A stretch of DNA of 64,000 nucleotides from Bdellovibrionota bacterium FG-1 (GTDB taxonomy: Bacteria > Bdellovibrionota > UBA1018): the NCBI GenBank assembly GCA_051382295.1, contig JBBCAW010000005.1, positions 32,001-96,000 of the forward strand, read 5' to 3'. A program made the position numbers and the translations under genes. Positions 19,180 to 28,264 of the stretch are shown here, one piece after another. Numbering within the stretch: position 1 is the first letter of the stretch; every line of letters starts with the position of its first letter. The notes under the pieces are model-generated. The model was not told the origin of the DNA, did not search any database, and saw only the letters and a list, made by a program, of their open reading frames with translations.

Positions 19180-21408
19180 ATGCATGAATCCAAAAAAACT
19201 TATAAAACTCAAATAGGTGTGAGTCTTGATCGAGGGACTCGTTTTCTGGGCTTGGGGTTGATGCTGTGTTTTGCGGCCCTCTTAGCGCTTCAGTGGGGCA
19301 TCACTTCCAGATGGTTCATCTTTGCACTCGGGGTAGCGGGTTTGAACCTCTTGATCTTGGTTTTGTTACGACTTCCAAAGGCGTGGAGGGCCTCGCGTAA
19401 AATTTCAAAAGCCGCTCTTGAAAGTAAGGCCCTCGATCAAGCGCATGCGGGGCTTCGAAAGGGCGAATACTTCGGAATGGGTTTTGAAACGCCACTTTCG
19501 CGGGAGGAATTCAAGGCCGCCGCCAAAAAATGGGCGGGTCGGAGTTTTAAAAATTGGAAGGTCGCACGGGATACGGAGCAGGAAGTTCAGATGGTTTCAA
19601 CGGGGGGGGCGCTCAGTCACCTCGGGGTGTGGGTTGCTCATCTGGCCTTGATCGTGGCCCTGGTTGGCGTCCTATGGAGTAGTCTCTTTGGTTTTCAGGC
19701 CAGACTGATTGTCGCTGAAGACGGGCGCACCGATTACGCTCAGCCTTTGCGGGGGATTTTGCCTCAGGGGTGGAGTCGCTACCCTGCCGAGCAAAAGTCG
19801 TACGCACCGTATGCTAAAATGAACTTTGAAGTGGCGGGTACTGATTACGACCCGCTTGAACAGTCCACGACCCTCCGAATTTATGAAAAAGGCGCGCTGG
19901 TTTCAACAGTAGATGTTGATTCAGAGCGCCCGGGTGAATTCGGGGCCTGGAAGTTCTTTCAGGTGGGGTATGGCCCAGGGGGCCGTTCGAGCGTGGATTT
20001 GAGCGTGATCGATTCGGCGGATGGCGAAGAACGAAATTTCCCTAAAATCGGGCGGGGCGAGGGACTGGAGCTGGATTCCTATCGGTTCAAGGTTTTAGAT
20101 ATCCAACCCGAGAGCGAGTTCAATCGGCCGGCGATTGAGATCGAATTTCAACAAAATGATTCTTCTCCTGAGAAATTTTGGATTTTTAGTGATCATCGGG
20201 ATTACGATTTCATTCGTCGTAAACAAAGTCGGGCGCATTTTGTCCTTCATTCGGTTCGCCCGCTTCAGCAAAGCGAATTGATCATGAGCCGCGATCCTGG
20301 CGTGGCGCTCATTTGGGTGGGGTTAAGTTTGGCGGTCGTTCTTTTGGCTTGGGCAATGATGGCCTCGCCCTCGCGCAAGTCTTGGCTGGCTTGGCGGCCC
20401 GGGATGGTTACATGGGTAGGATGGAGTGATCAGCCGTTCTTGTTTGAACCTCGCTTTGAAGCACAATCGAAAAGTCTCAAAAGAAACCTGATCGCGTCAC
20501 CCGTACGGCGGCGTAGTTTTTGGAAATGGCTTTTGGGGGGCCTTTTTTTTGGATTTTCGGTGTGGGGGACGATGGCGTACGGCCCTCGGCTTTGGCGACT
20601 TTATGAAACCCGGACGTGGGTTTACCCTCATCTGAACGTAGTCTTAGCGTTTGCGCATCGGTATGTGGGGCGATTGACCTTCTTGCCCGTGGCTCTTGCG
20701 ATGGCTCTGGCTGGCATTTATGCCTTTCGCGCTGGACTCCAAAGTCGAGCTTATCGCCTGGGCCTGCTCGGCTCCTTGGGTTTTCTGGGGGTGGTTTTGG
20801 TTCTCAGGCCATCGGATTTGGGCTGGGCCGGAGGCGTGGTCCTGATTCTGGCTTTGGGCGCGGGGGGTTTGGCCCAAGGGTTGGAGGTTTGGGAAGCTCA
20901 GTGGGCGACGCAAGCGGAGGCTCAGTTAAAAGCCCAGGCGAAGCGCCGTTTTAAGCTCTTTCCGCCAGCACCGCTTCGGTTTTCAGTAGGGATGAGCGTC
21001 ATCTCGCAGGTTTTGTGGGGCATGCTCTGGGGGGGGTTAGGGCTGGCAAAGATATCCATCTTTTCAAGCGTGGCGGTGTTGGGCCTGCTGGCTTGGTTGG
21101 CGTTTGGGGTCGCATTTTTTAGGCCCGCACTTTTTGAGGCGCGCTTGCCCTCTTTGGATCGTCTCGCTCGATGGGGTTATCGCGGGGTATTTTTGGGTTT
21201 TTGTTTTTGGACCGCTCATTTGCTTTTAACCTCGTATTTGTCCCAAAGGGCTACGGGTTTAGCCTGGGTTGAGAGTAGGCCAAACGTTTGGGGGCTCGCG
21301 GCTTGGCTGGTTTTGGGTGTTGCTCTGCACTTCCCAAAGTGGGACAAGGGGAGCGTTCTTTTGCCGATTTTGGCAATTGCGGCAATGTGGGTGAGCTATG
21401 GCGGGTGA
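19180..21408 (+). CDS. ResB/CcsB-like protein fused to a degenerate CcsA-like membrane domain
   Basis: AHLALIV TM His, periplasmic domain ending RDPG, C-terminal LPSLDRL..WGYR...GF. Confidence 0.6.
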   Translation: MHESKKTYKTQIGVSLDRGTRFLGLGLMLCFAALLALQWGITSRWFIFALGVAGLNLLILVLLRLPKAWRASRKISKAALESKALDQAHAGLRKGEYFGMGFETPLSREEFKAAAKKWAGRSFKNWKVARDTEQEVQMVSTGGALSHLGVWVAHLALIVALVGVLWSSLFGFQARLIVAEDGRTDYAQPLRGILPQGWSRYPAEQKSYAPYAKMNFEVAGTDYDPLEQSTTLRIYEKGALVSTVDVDSERPGEFGAWKFFQVGYGPGGRSSVDLSVIDSADGEERNFPKIGRGEGLELDSYRFKVLDIQPESEFNRPAIEIEFQQNDSSPEKFWIFSDHRDYDFIRRKQSRAHFVLHSVRPLQQSELIMSRDPGVALIWVGLSLAVVLLAWAMMASPSRKSWLAWRPGMVTWVGWSDQPFLFEPRFEAQSKSLKRNLIASPVRRRSFWKWLLGGLFFGFSVWGTMAYGPRLWRLYETRTWVYPHLNVVLAFAHRYVGRLTFLPVALAMALAGIYAFRAGLQSRAYRLGLLGSLGFLGVVLVLRPSDLGWAGGVVLILALGAGGLAQGLEVWEAQWATQAEAQLKAQAKRRFKLFPPAPLRFSVGMSVISQVLWGMLWGGLGLAKISIFSSVAVLGLLAWLAFGVAFFRPALFEARLPSLDRLARWGYRGVFLGFCFWTAHLLLTSYLSQRATGLAWVESRPNVWGLAAWLVLGVALHFPKWDKGSVLLPILAIAAMWVSYGG

Positions 21409-22015
21409 GTTTGTTGCAACTTTAGGAGATGCCTCTCAAATCGATCAAATCATCAAAGGCGCCTTTGTGAAAGGTCGGCGCGAGCCTCGGATTGCCATGG
21501 TGGGGCGGTCGAATGTGGGTAAAAGCTCGCTGATTAATGCGTTGATGGGTGGAAAGCTCGCGAGAGTGAGTAATGATCCTGGAAAAACCCGGCAAATTCA
21601 TTTTTATTTTTGGAAAGAGGTCGGAAAGGTGATTGCTGATCTTCCGGGGTATGGTTACGCGCGCGCGGGCCATGAGGAGCGGGATCGTTGGGCGAAGTTT
21701 ATTCAACAGTATTTTCGCGCGGATGAAGGCCTAGAACGAGCCATTGTGTTATTGGATTCGCGGAATGGCCCGACGGATTTGGATCGCGATGCGATTCGAT
21801 TTCTCAGTTCAGAAAGTATTTCAGTTCAGTTTGTGTTTACCAAAGTGGATCAACTCAAAACTCAGTCTGAGCGCGCCGCTCGTCGCAAGGAAGGTTCCGC
21901 TGAGTTGTTGAAGTTGGGACATGATCCGAGTTTAGCGCTTTGGGTTTCGAGCAAGGAAGGAACGGGTTTGAAGAATTTGGAGCGAGAACTGGCGCAAGGC
22001 AGGGTTCCTGTGTGA
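21398..22015 (+). CDS. engB: Ribosome biogenesis GTPase YihA/YsxC
   Basis: GRSNVGKSS, PGKT, DLPGYGYA, TKVD. Confidence 0.95.
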   Translation: MAGEFVATLGDASQIDQIIKGAFVKGRREPRIAMVGRSNVGKSSLINALMGGKLARVSNDPGKTRQIHFYFWKEVGKVIADLPGYGYARAGHEERDRWAKFIQQYFRADEGLERAIVLLDSRNGPTDLDRDAIRFLSSESISVQFVFTKVDQLKTQSERAARRKEGSAELLKLGHDPSLALWVSSKEGTGLKNLERELAQGRVPV

Positions 22016-23043
22016 AACCCTGGTTTCCTCGCATCGGCATCGTTGCGCCTTCTTCGAAGGTTCCTGAAATCGAGTTTTCACTCGGGGTCGATAAAATTCG
22101 GGCCGCGGGATTTGAAGTTCAAGTTCATCCCCAGGTGTTTGAAGGTCATTTGTTTTTTGCCGGAACGGACGCGCAGCGCGCCGAGGCTTTCTTCGAATAT
22201 GCCATACTTTCTTCAGTGGATGTTCTTTGGGCCGCGCGGGGCGGTTATGGGGCCATTCGGTTGTTACCCCTGCTCGAGAAAATGACCCAAAAAAGGGGCA
22301 TTCCCCCTAAGAAATTGCTGGTCGGATTTTCGGATTCTACCGCCTTATTGGAATTTGTGCGAACCCGGTGGAAGTGGTCGACGCTTCACGCGTCGATGCC
22401 CGGACTTCGAAAGTTTTGTGCCTTGCCTCCGCACGAATGGCAAACCTTGCTTCAGTGGATTCGACGGAAATCGGTCGCCCACCCCTTCGGGCGGGGTACG
22501 CGGTTAGAGTTTTTGGGTTCAGCGCCCCGCCAGGCGATTTCGGGTGTAGTGGTTGGAGGAAATCTGACCGTCTGGACCTCGCTCATTGGAACCCCTTATG
22601 CGGGCAACGCTCGAGGAAAAATCGTTTTTTTTGAGGACGTCGATGAGAACCTTTACCGGATTGACCGCATGGTTCAGCAATTGATTCATTCGGGGGCACT
22701 CAAGGGCGCGCGCGCCGTGGTTTTGGGAAATTTCATGGGCTGTCGAGACACCGTGCCTTCGGTTTTGGTTCGGCGCCCAGCGGCGCAGGATCTGGAGCGG
22801 ATGATTCATTCTCCCCAGGAGTCGGAGCTTGGGCCTCTGCGGCCCTCCCTTGAGCCCTCACGTGGAATTGAAGCGATTTTTTCAGAAATTACGAAAGCCT
22901 ATGGCATTCCCATCGCCCGAGGTTTGCCCGTGGGGCATGGCCCCGAAAAGGTTCCCCTCCCGCTTGGGGCCACGTTCAAGCTCAGTCCACGTGGCGCGCT
23001 GGCGTTGATGAAATGGGATTGGTTGCAAATGAAAAAAATGTGA
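22012..23043 (+). CDS. ldcA: LD-carboxypeptidase (peptidase S66)
   Basis: RGGYG, GFSDST, GGNL, FEDV, PVGH. Confidence 0.9.
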   Translation: MKPWFPRIGIVAPSSKVPEIEFSLGVDKIRAAGFEVQVHPQVFEGHLFFAGTDAQRAEAFFEYAILSSVDVLWAARGGYGAIRLLPLLEKMTQKRGIPPKKLLVGFSDSTALLEFVRTRWKWSTLHASMPGLRKFCALPPHEWQTLLQWIRRKSVAHPFGRGTRLEFLGSAPRQAISGVVVGGNLTVWTSLIGTPYAGNARGKIVFFEDVDENLYRIDRMVQQLIHSGALKGARAVVLGNFMGCRDTVPSVLVRRPAAQDLERMIHSPQESELGPLRPSLEPSRGIEAIFSEITKAYGIPIARGLPVGHGPEKVPLPLGATFKLSPRGALALMKWDWLQMKKM

Positions 23044-23128
23044 TTTCTTCATTTGTCTTTGAACGTTCCCGTGCTACTAAGCCGATGAAGTTTTGATATG
23101 GTCTAGTCACATAGGACACGAGGGCAGC

Positions 23129-23830
23129 ATGGATCAGGATCGTAGGATTCGAGAGCAGTTTGTGTCGACGTTGACGCACGATCTGCGCAATCCCCTGACC
23201 TCAGCTAAGATGGCGATTCAGTTGTTAGGTCGTCAGATGGATGTATCGCCTCCGAAGGCGCTCCATCAGGCGCGCCTCATTAACCAAGCGATTTCAAGCA
23301 TTGATCGCGCGGATCGGATGATTCAGGATCTTTTAGACGCTAGTCGCCTTCGCGAGGGCGAAAGTCTTCCGATTCAGGTGGTCCCTTGTGTCTTGAAAAC
23401 CGTCATGACCGAAACGATCGAGGATTTATCCCTGATCTATGGCAATCGGTTTGTGCTCGAGTCAGACGGCGATTTAGCCGGGTATTGGTGTTGCGATGGG
23501 TTAAAGCGAGTGATCGACAACCTGATCTGTAATGCGATCAAATATGGTAAATCGGATGGGAAAATTACTTTGCGGCTCAAGGATCAGGGGGCGAGGGTTT
23601 TGATATCAGTGCATAACGAAGGAGAAGCCCTTTCTTCGGATGAGCGGGAGCGCATTTTTGAGCCATTTTATAGGACGCATTCGGCACAAAATGGCGGAAA
23701 AAATGGCTGGGGCTTGGGCCTAACCCTGGTGCGCGGGATGGTGCAAGCCCATGGTGGGACGGTTCATGTTGTGAGCCAGGTGGGGGATGGTACGACATTT
23801 ACTTTGGATCTTCCGAAAGATTGCCGGTAA
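23129..23830 (+). CDS. Histidine kinase core (HisKA+HATPase) without sensor domain
   Basis: HDLRNPL, NAIKY, GWGLGL, GTTF. Confidence 0.88.
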   Translation: MDQDRRIREQFVSTLTHDLRNPLTSAKMAIQLLGRQMDVSPPKALHQARLINQAISSIDRADRMIQDLLDASRLREGESLPIQVVPCVLKTVMTETIEDLSLIYGNRFVLESDGDLAGYWCCDGLKRVIDNLICNAIKYGKSDGKITLRLKDQGARVLISVHNEGEALSSDERERIFEPFYRTHSAQNGGKNGWGLGLTLVRGMVQAHGGTVHVVSQVGDGTTFTLDLPKDCR

Positions 23831-23850
23831 ACTGCTCCTTGAGGTGACCG

Positions 23851-24213
23851 ATGGACGAAGGGGCAGAGTGGATTCACTTAGGGGCAGCGGAACATTCAGA
23901 GGCCAAACGCCTCAAAAGTGCGCTTGAGGATCTCGGGGTGGAACTTCAAATCCTGAGCGATCCTGAGAGTTGTAGCACAGGGGGTTGCAAGCCCAAGCTT
24001 GAGATCATGGTTCGCAAGCGGGATCTAGAAAAGGTAAAGTCCTTTTTTGAGCGTGAGCGGCTCAGGGATTTGGGAGAATTAGAGCATGATCAAGCGCTCG
24101 CCGATGTGGTTTTTGATCCGGAGCAAGAAAACGCTCATTGTCCCGCATGTGGAACGGAGTTTTCGACGAAGTTGACGGAGTGCCCTGACTGCGGGCTTTG
24201 TTTCGGTGGATAA
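23851..24213 (+). CDS. Hypothetical protein with C-terminal zinc ribbon
   Basis: CPACG...CPDCG. Confidence 0.75.
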   Translation: MDEGAEWIHLGAAEHSEAKRLKSALEDLGVELQILSDPESCSTGGCKPKLEIMVRKRDLEKVKSFFERERLRDLGELEHDQALADVVFDPEQENAHCPACGTEFSTKLTECPDCGLCFGG

Positions 24214-24694
24214 ACGGAAAATTTTAGAACTGATGATTGCGCGCATCCAGGCGGAGCTAGAGGGGGTGTTTCAGGCGGCGCGTGCGGCGCATGAAGCCGC
24301 AACCCATGACGAAGCCAAGCCCGAGAATCAATATGACACTCGGGGTTTAGAGGCTTCTTATCTGGCTGGGGCTCAAACCCAAAGGGCGGCTGAGTTACAG
24401 GCACATTTAGCGGCTTTTCGGACGTTGGAGTTACCCGAGAGGGGGGCTAAAGACCCTATTGAACTCGGAGCGCTCGTTGAACTTGAACTCGCAGGAACCC
24501 TTGCACGGCGCAGTTTTTATTTCATGGTCCCTCGGGGGGGCGGCACCTCCGTGACTTTTGAAGGGCGTTCAATCCTGGCTCTTGTGCCGAGCTCGCCGAT
24601 GGGTGAGGCGTTACTGGGTCGTAAGTCGGGTGAAGACATTGAAGTCGAAATTCAAGGGGGCACGCGAGCCTATCATATCGTGAGGGTGGGGTAA
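24206..24694 (+). CDS. GreA/GreB-family protein
   Basis: ENQYDTRGLEASYLA, SPMGEALLG. Confidence 0.85.
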   Translation: MDKRKILELMIARIQAELEGVFQAARAAHEAATHDEAKPENQYDTRGLEASYLAGAQTQRAAELQAHLAAFRTLELPERGAKDPIELGALVELELAGTLARRSFYFMVPRGGGTSVTFEGRSILALVPSSPMGEALLGRKSGEDIEVEIQGGTRAYHIVRVG

Positions 24695-24697
24695 GGC

Positions 24698-25402
24698 ATG
24701 AAACCTGAATTTTCGCGCATGGAAGTAGCCGGCACTCTGATCAGCGATTATGTGTTTCACAAACCTCAAGGTGCGCCCAAGCAGGTGATTTTTTTGCTGC
24801 ACGGTTATCAGCAAACGGGCGCCTATTTGTTTAAAAAGTTAGAGGCGTCCTTTCCGGAAAACGCCCTGGTGATTTCTCCGAATGGACCTTTTCCTGTTCC
24901 CACCCTGAAGAAAGACGGGAGCCGTCGCATCGGATTTTCGTGGTATTTTTACGACTTTTCAACCGACTCCTATTTTATCGATATGAAGGTTTCAATCGAG
25001 CTGATCGAAGGGTTCGTGCAGCGTCTCGGGCTGGTGGACCTTCCTAAGCGCATCGTGGGTTTTTCACAGGGGGGGTACCTCGCACCGTTTGTGGCCGCGC
25101 GACTCCAGAATGTCCGGCAAGTGGTGGGAGTGGCCGCCGAATTTTTGGGGCAGGAACTTCGGGAGTCGATCGAGTTGCGAGAGCCGGGAGCGGCGTGGCC
25201 GCCCGCTTTTCGAGTGGATGCGATTCATGGTGAGCAGGATGACGTGGTTAAGCCGGGGCGTTCTCGGCAGCTTCACGCGGAGGCCCTGGAGCAAGGAATT
25301 CAGGGCGAGTGGGTGGGCTTGCCCGGGGTGGGGCATAAGATCACGACACACGTCAATCAGGTGTTGGGTGAGATGTTGACGCGGGACTCAACCAAAAGGT
25401 AG
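24698..25402 (+). CDS. Alpha/beta hydrolase (phospholipase/carboxylesterase)
   Basis: LHGY, GFSQG, HGEQDDVV, GH. Confidence 0.87.
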   Translation: MKPEFSRMEVAGTLISDYVFHKPQGAPKQVIFLLHGYQQTGAYLFKKLEASFPENALVISPNGPFPVPTLKKDGSRRIGFSWYFYDFSTDSYFIDMKVSIELIEGFVQRLGLVDLPKRIVGFSQGGYLAPFVAARLQNVRQVVGVAAEFLGQELRESIELREPGAAWPPAFRVDAIHGEQDDVVKPGRSRQLHAEALEQGIQGEWVGLPGVGHKITTHVNQVLGEMLTRDSTKR

Positions 25403-25420
25403 GGACTACTTTTTGGTTGA
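25388..25420. terminator. Hairpin between the convergent hydrolase and tRNA
   Basis: TCAACCAAAAGGTAG-gga-CTACTTTTTGGTTGA. Confidence 0.65.
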
Positions 25421-25435
25421 AACCGGAAAGCTCAG

Positions 25436-25508
25436 TGGAGACGCACGGGATCGAACCGAGGACCTCATCCATGCCATGGATGCGCTCTACCAACTGAGCT
25501 ACATCCCC
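25436..25508 (-). tRNA. tRNA-Ala(GGC)
   Basis: 73-nt cloverleaf, anticodon arm CATCC-ATGGCAT-GGATG, G3:U70 pair, TTCGA loop; CCA not encoded. Confidence 0.95.
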
Positions 25509-25518
25509 ACTCAACTTT

Positions 25519-25596
25519 CCGATTTCCTAGGCCGATTTCCTAGGCCGATTTCCTAGGCCGATTTCCTAGGCCGATTTCCTAGGCCGATTTCCTAAG
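25519..25596. repeat. 13-bp tandem repeat (CCGATTTCCTAGG) x6
   Basis: Five exact copies plus one ending CCTAAG; no spacers. Confidence 0.97.
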
Positions 25597-25676
25597 TCAA
25601 TACGATAGGTTGTCGTTTTTTACTTGGGTCCACTGAAAAATGCAACCCAAAATCAAAGATTGAGGCAAAAAAGTTA

Positions 25677-27062
25677 CTACTGCGGTGTGCTGTCTTGAGT
25701 CATTCGGCGGCCCACAAAATAATAGCGATAGGTCACGCGGTCAAAGATGTTGAGGGTTTTGTCCTCGGCCACTGAGGCGGGGCCTCTCGTTTTGTTCGCA
25801 AAAATCACGGCGTTGACCCCAGTTTTGGGTGCGGTGCCTTTCTTGGCGTTGGGATTGAGTTGCTCCATCATTCCGGCGAGCATTTGTTGCATATCTCCCA
25901 TGCTGTTGTCGGCGCCCCCGCCTTCACTCCCGCCGCCTCCGTTATGGCCATACGTCGAACTTGGCATGCTCATATCGGCGACCTGGCTTTCGAGATCCGA
26001 AATCGCCGTCGCGAGTTTTCCGGCTTGAGCGGCATTCATTCCGTTGGTTGACGCTCCGGCCATCATCGGGCCGGGGGGGCCGTCTTTGGTGAGGTAGTCC
26101 CCTAGGTTTTGTCCGGAGTCTTTTTTGAATTCGCTGTTAAACTTGGGGCTGCTCACAAACCCCGGAAGAGTGCTGTCGCTGGCAATGGCGCATTGGAGGA
26201 TGGTGCCACCGGTTGGGTTGTTACGAGCGGACGCGCAGGTGGCTTGGCGGGTGGTAGCGAGGTTAGGGTCTGAGGGATTAGAGGGATTGCCGGTGTCTCC
26301 ACCGGTACCGCCGCCGGAACCATTGGCGGCTTGGCCCTGGGGATTATAGCCATTGGCGGCCCCATTATTGGCGAGCACATTGCTGTCGGCGACTTTTTTG
26401 GCGGAGTCTAAGTTGGTTTGCATGGAGTCGTCGTCGTTTTTCATGGAGCGGTATTTCATAAAGACTTGAAGCCCGGCCATCGCGGCGTTGATGCAGGCGC
26501 CGATGTCTTTGTCTTTTTTGACTTCCTTGGTTTCTTTTGTGGCCTTTTCGCCTTCTTTTGCGCCTTCTTTGGCTTCTTTCGCTTCGTTGGTCTGATCATT
26601 GCCTTTATTCATTTGTTGGTTGATCATAAAACCTGCGCCGACGCCGCCCACGGCCATGATCGCGCTGGTAAAGTTTTTAGTCACGAGTGCGTCTGTCACG
26701 CCGCCCGCGACCGTGGCGCCCATGCAGATGTATTCGCTCGTGGGTCCGCCCGCAAACGAAGCCACGCAACCGTAGGTACACACGACGCCTACCGCGGACC
26801 AGACTTTCCACATCGCACTATTGGCGTGCGAACCTTCTTGCGCGGTCTTGGCGGCTTGGCAATATTGGAGTTTTTGCTGTTGCGAACCGAGCGCAGGATT
26901 GGCGGCGTTAGCGCCGCTTTGGATCTGGTCGGCTTGAGATAAGGTTTTGCCACAGACGGCATCGAGTTCGCCATCAATGGCGCTATCTGCGCGCGCGGTG
27001 TGAGGTGGCGGTAACGCCAAGAGAGAAAGGCTGAGTGCGAGAGCGAGAGTGCGAACAGCCAA
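25677..27062 (-). CDS. Secreted Gly-rich hypothetical protein (paralog A)
   Basis: Signal peptide, Cys pairs, Gly-rich hydrophobic segments, C-terminal DKTLNIFDRVTYRY. Confidence 0.8.
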   Translation of the reverse strand: MAVRTLALALSLSLLALPPPHTARADSAIDGELDAVCGKTLSQADQIQSGANAANPALGSQQQKLQYCQAAKTAQEGSHANSAMWKVWSAVGVVCTYGCVASFAGGPTSEYICMGATVAGGVTDALVTKNFTSAIMAVGGVGAGFMINQQMNKGNDQTNEAKEAKEGAKEGEKATKETKEVKKDKDIGACINAAMAGLQVFMKYRSMKNDDDSMQTNLDSAKKVADSNVLANNGAANGYNPQGQAANGSGGGTGGDTGNPSNPSDPNLATTRQATCASARNNPTGGTILQCAIASDSTLPGFVSSPKFNSEFKKDSGQNLGDYLTKDGPPGPMMAGASTNGMNAAQAGKLATAISDLESQVADMSMPSSTYGHNGGGGSEGGGADNSMGDMQQMLAGMMEQLNPNAKKGTAPKTGVNAVIFANKTRGPASVAEDKTLNIFDRVTYRYYFVGRRMTQDSTPQ

Positions 27063-27095
27063 AAATGAACCCCCTTAAAATCGATGTCTCCTATT

Positions 27096-27124
27096 ATTGT
27101 GAAGGGGATGATTACCTGAGTCAA
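27096..27124 (-). promoter_or_regulatory. Putative sigma-70 promoter of paralog A
   Basis: TTGACT-N17-CACAAT. Confidence 0.55.
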
Positions 27125-27449
27125 TCAGTTATAATCTGGTCTCTCATTCTCGGTTTATTATGGTGTAACTCGTTGGAATGATAAAGTAAAACAGTGTTTC
27201 CGCTGAAAATTTGGGCAGGTATTTGGTATTGTTGGTTAATTTCCATGAGTTCACGTGAAAAAAACCCGAGGCAAGGGGACCTTGTTTTCACGGCAGTGAG
27301 TTGCATTAACTGCCTTTCTGCGGCAGTAAATCAAATCGGCTCGAAGAATGAGCGCCCCAATCGGGGCTGAGTATGATTTTTGCGTATGCAATATATGGAT
27401 TGGCTCGCGTGAATGCCAGAAACGATGGTCGCAAACGACAACGAGAGAG

Positions 27450-27890
27450 TTAAGCCGCCATTCGCTTTTGAGAACCCAGGTGCCAGTCTACGATTAGTTT
27501 TTCTGGAGTCTTGGAACTTTCCGAAAGGTCAGAAAATTTGATGGGAATGATCAAAGCCAACGCCTCAGCGACGAAACCACGAATTGCATACTCGTTGATC
27601 TGAGAAAGGCGCTTCTTCTTTTCACGCTCCCATCGCAGGATGGTGCCACTGGTAAGTCCAAGTTTTCCGGCAAATTTTTCCATAGAAAGATCTAAGGTCT
27701 TTCTTAAGAATTCCACCTCCTGGCCGCGAAGCGGTACATGCTGGTTTAAAATTTCGGCAGCGATCAGGCGCTCGACTTCCCCTAACTTTGCAGTGACAAT
27801 CGCTCCTAGTTCCTTGCTGGTTCTTACCGGGAGATTCTTAACCTCAACATATTCTAGGCCACCATACTGTTTAAAGTTCGTCGTTTTCAT
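27450..27890 (-). CDS. XRE-HTH protein, probable MqsA-like antitoxin
   Basis: EVEFLRKTLDLSMEKFAGKLGLTSGTILRWE; ATGA overlap with the upstream gene. Confidence 0.75.
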   Translation of the reverse strand: MKTTNFKQYGGLEYVEVKNLPVRTSKELGAIVTAKLGEVERLIAAEILNQHVPLRGQEVEFLRKTLDLSMEKFAGKLGLTSGTILRWEREKKKRLSQINEYAIRGFVAEALALIIPIKFSDLSESSKTPEKLIVDWHLGSQKRMAA

Positions 27891-28183
27891 TGTCCGGCCT
27901 TTTCTTTTTTAGTGAGGTGCCTTCGCATGACCGTAACGATCACGACGGCTCCTTCAATTTTGCATGAAAGTGCGGCCCCTTTTTTATTCGTATCGTAGCC
28001 AGCGACAAAATAAGTTTTTTTATCATCCTGCCATCGAAATGCCACACAGGTCTTTCCTATACTTGCCAAATCAGCTCGGACAAGTTTTCGGTTAATCATC
28101 TGTTGGAAGCCATGCGTGGTGACCTGAATCTCGTCGTTGATCAAGGCTTCGATAATGATCTTCTTGTCCGCCGTTGTAACCAT
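27887..28183 (-). CDS. DUF4258-like putative toxin
   Basis: TTHGFQQMINRK and IVTVM motifs; small, basic, paired with an HTH gene. Confidence 0.65.
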   Translation of the reverse strand: MVTTADKKIIIEALINDEIQVTTHGFQQMINRKLVRADLASIGKTCVAFRWQDDKKTYFVAGYDTNKKGAALSCKIEGAVVIVTVMRRHLTKKEKAGQ

Positions 28184-28264
28184 AACACGATGAATTTATA
28201 TTATTCAATGAAAAATGCAATGAAAAATAAAGTGTTAAAATAAATAAGATTTAAAGTCAGGTCC

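Noticed and set aside
23060..23090. FliA promoter before the orphan kinase (GCCGATGA)
   Set aside because: No TAAA/TCAA-like -35 element at 15-nt spacing.
25519..25596. CRISPR array
   Set aside because: 13-bp head-to-tail repeats with no spacers and no cas genes in the window.
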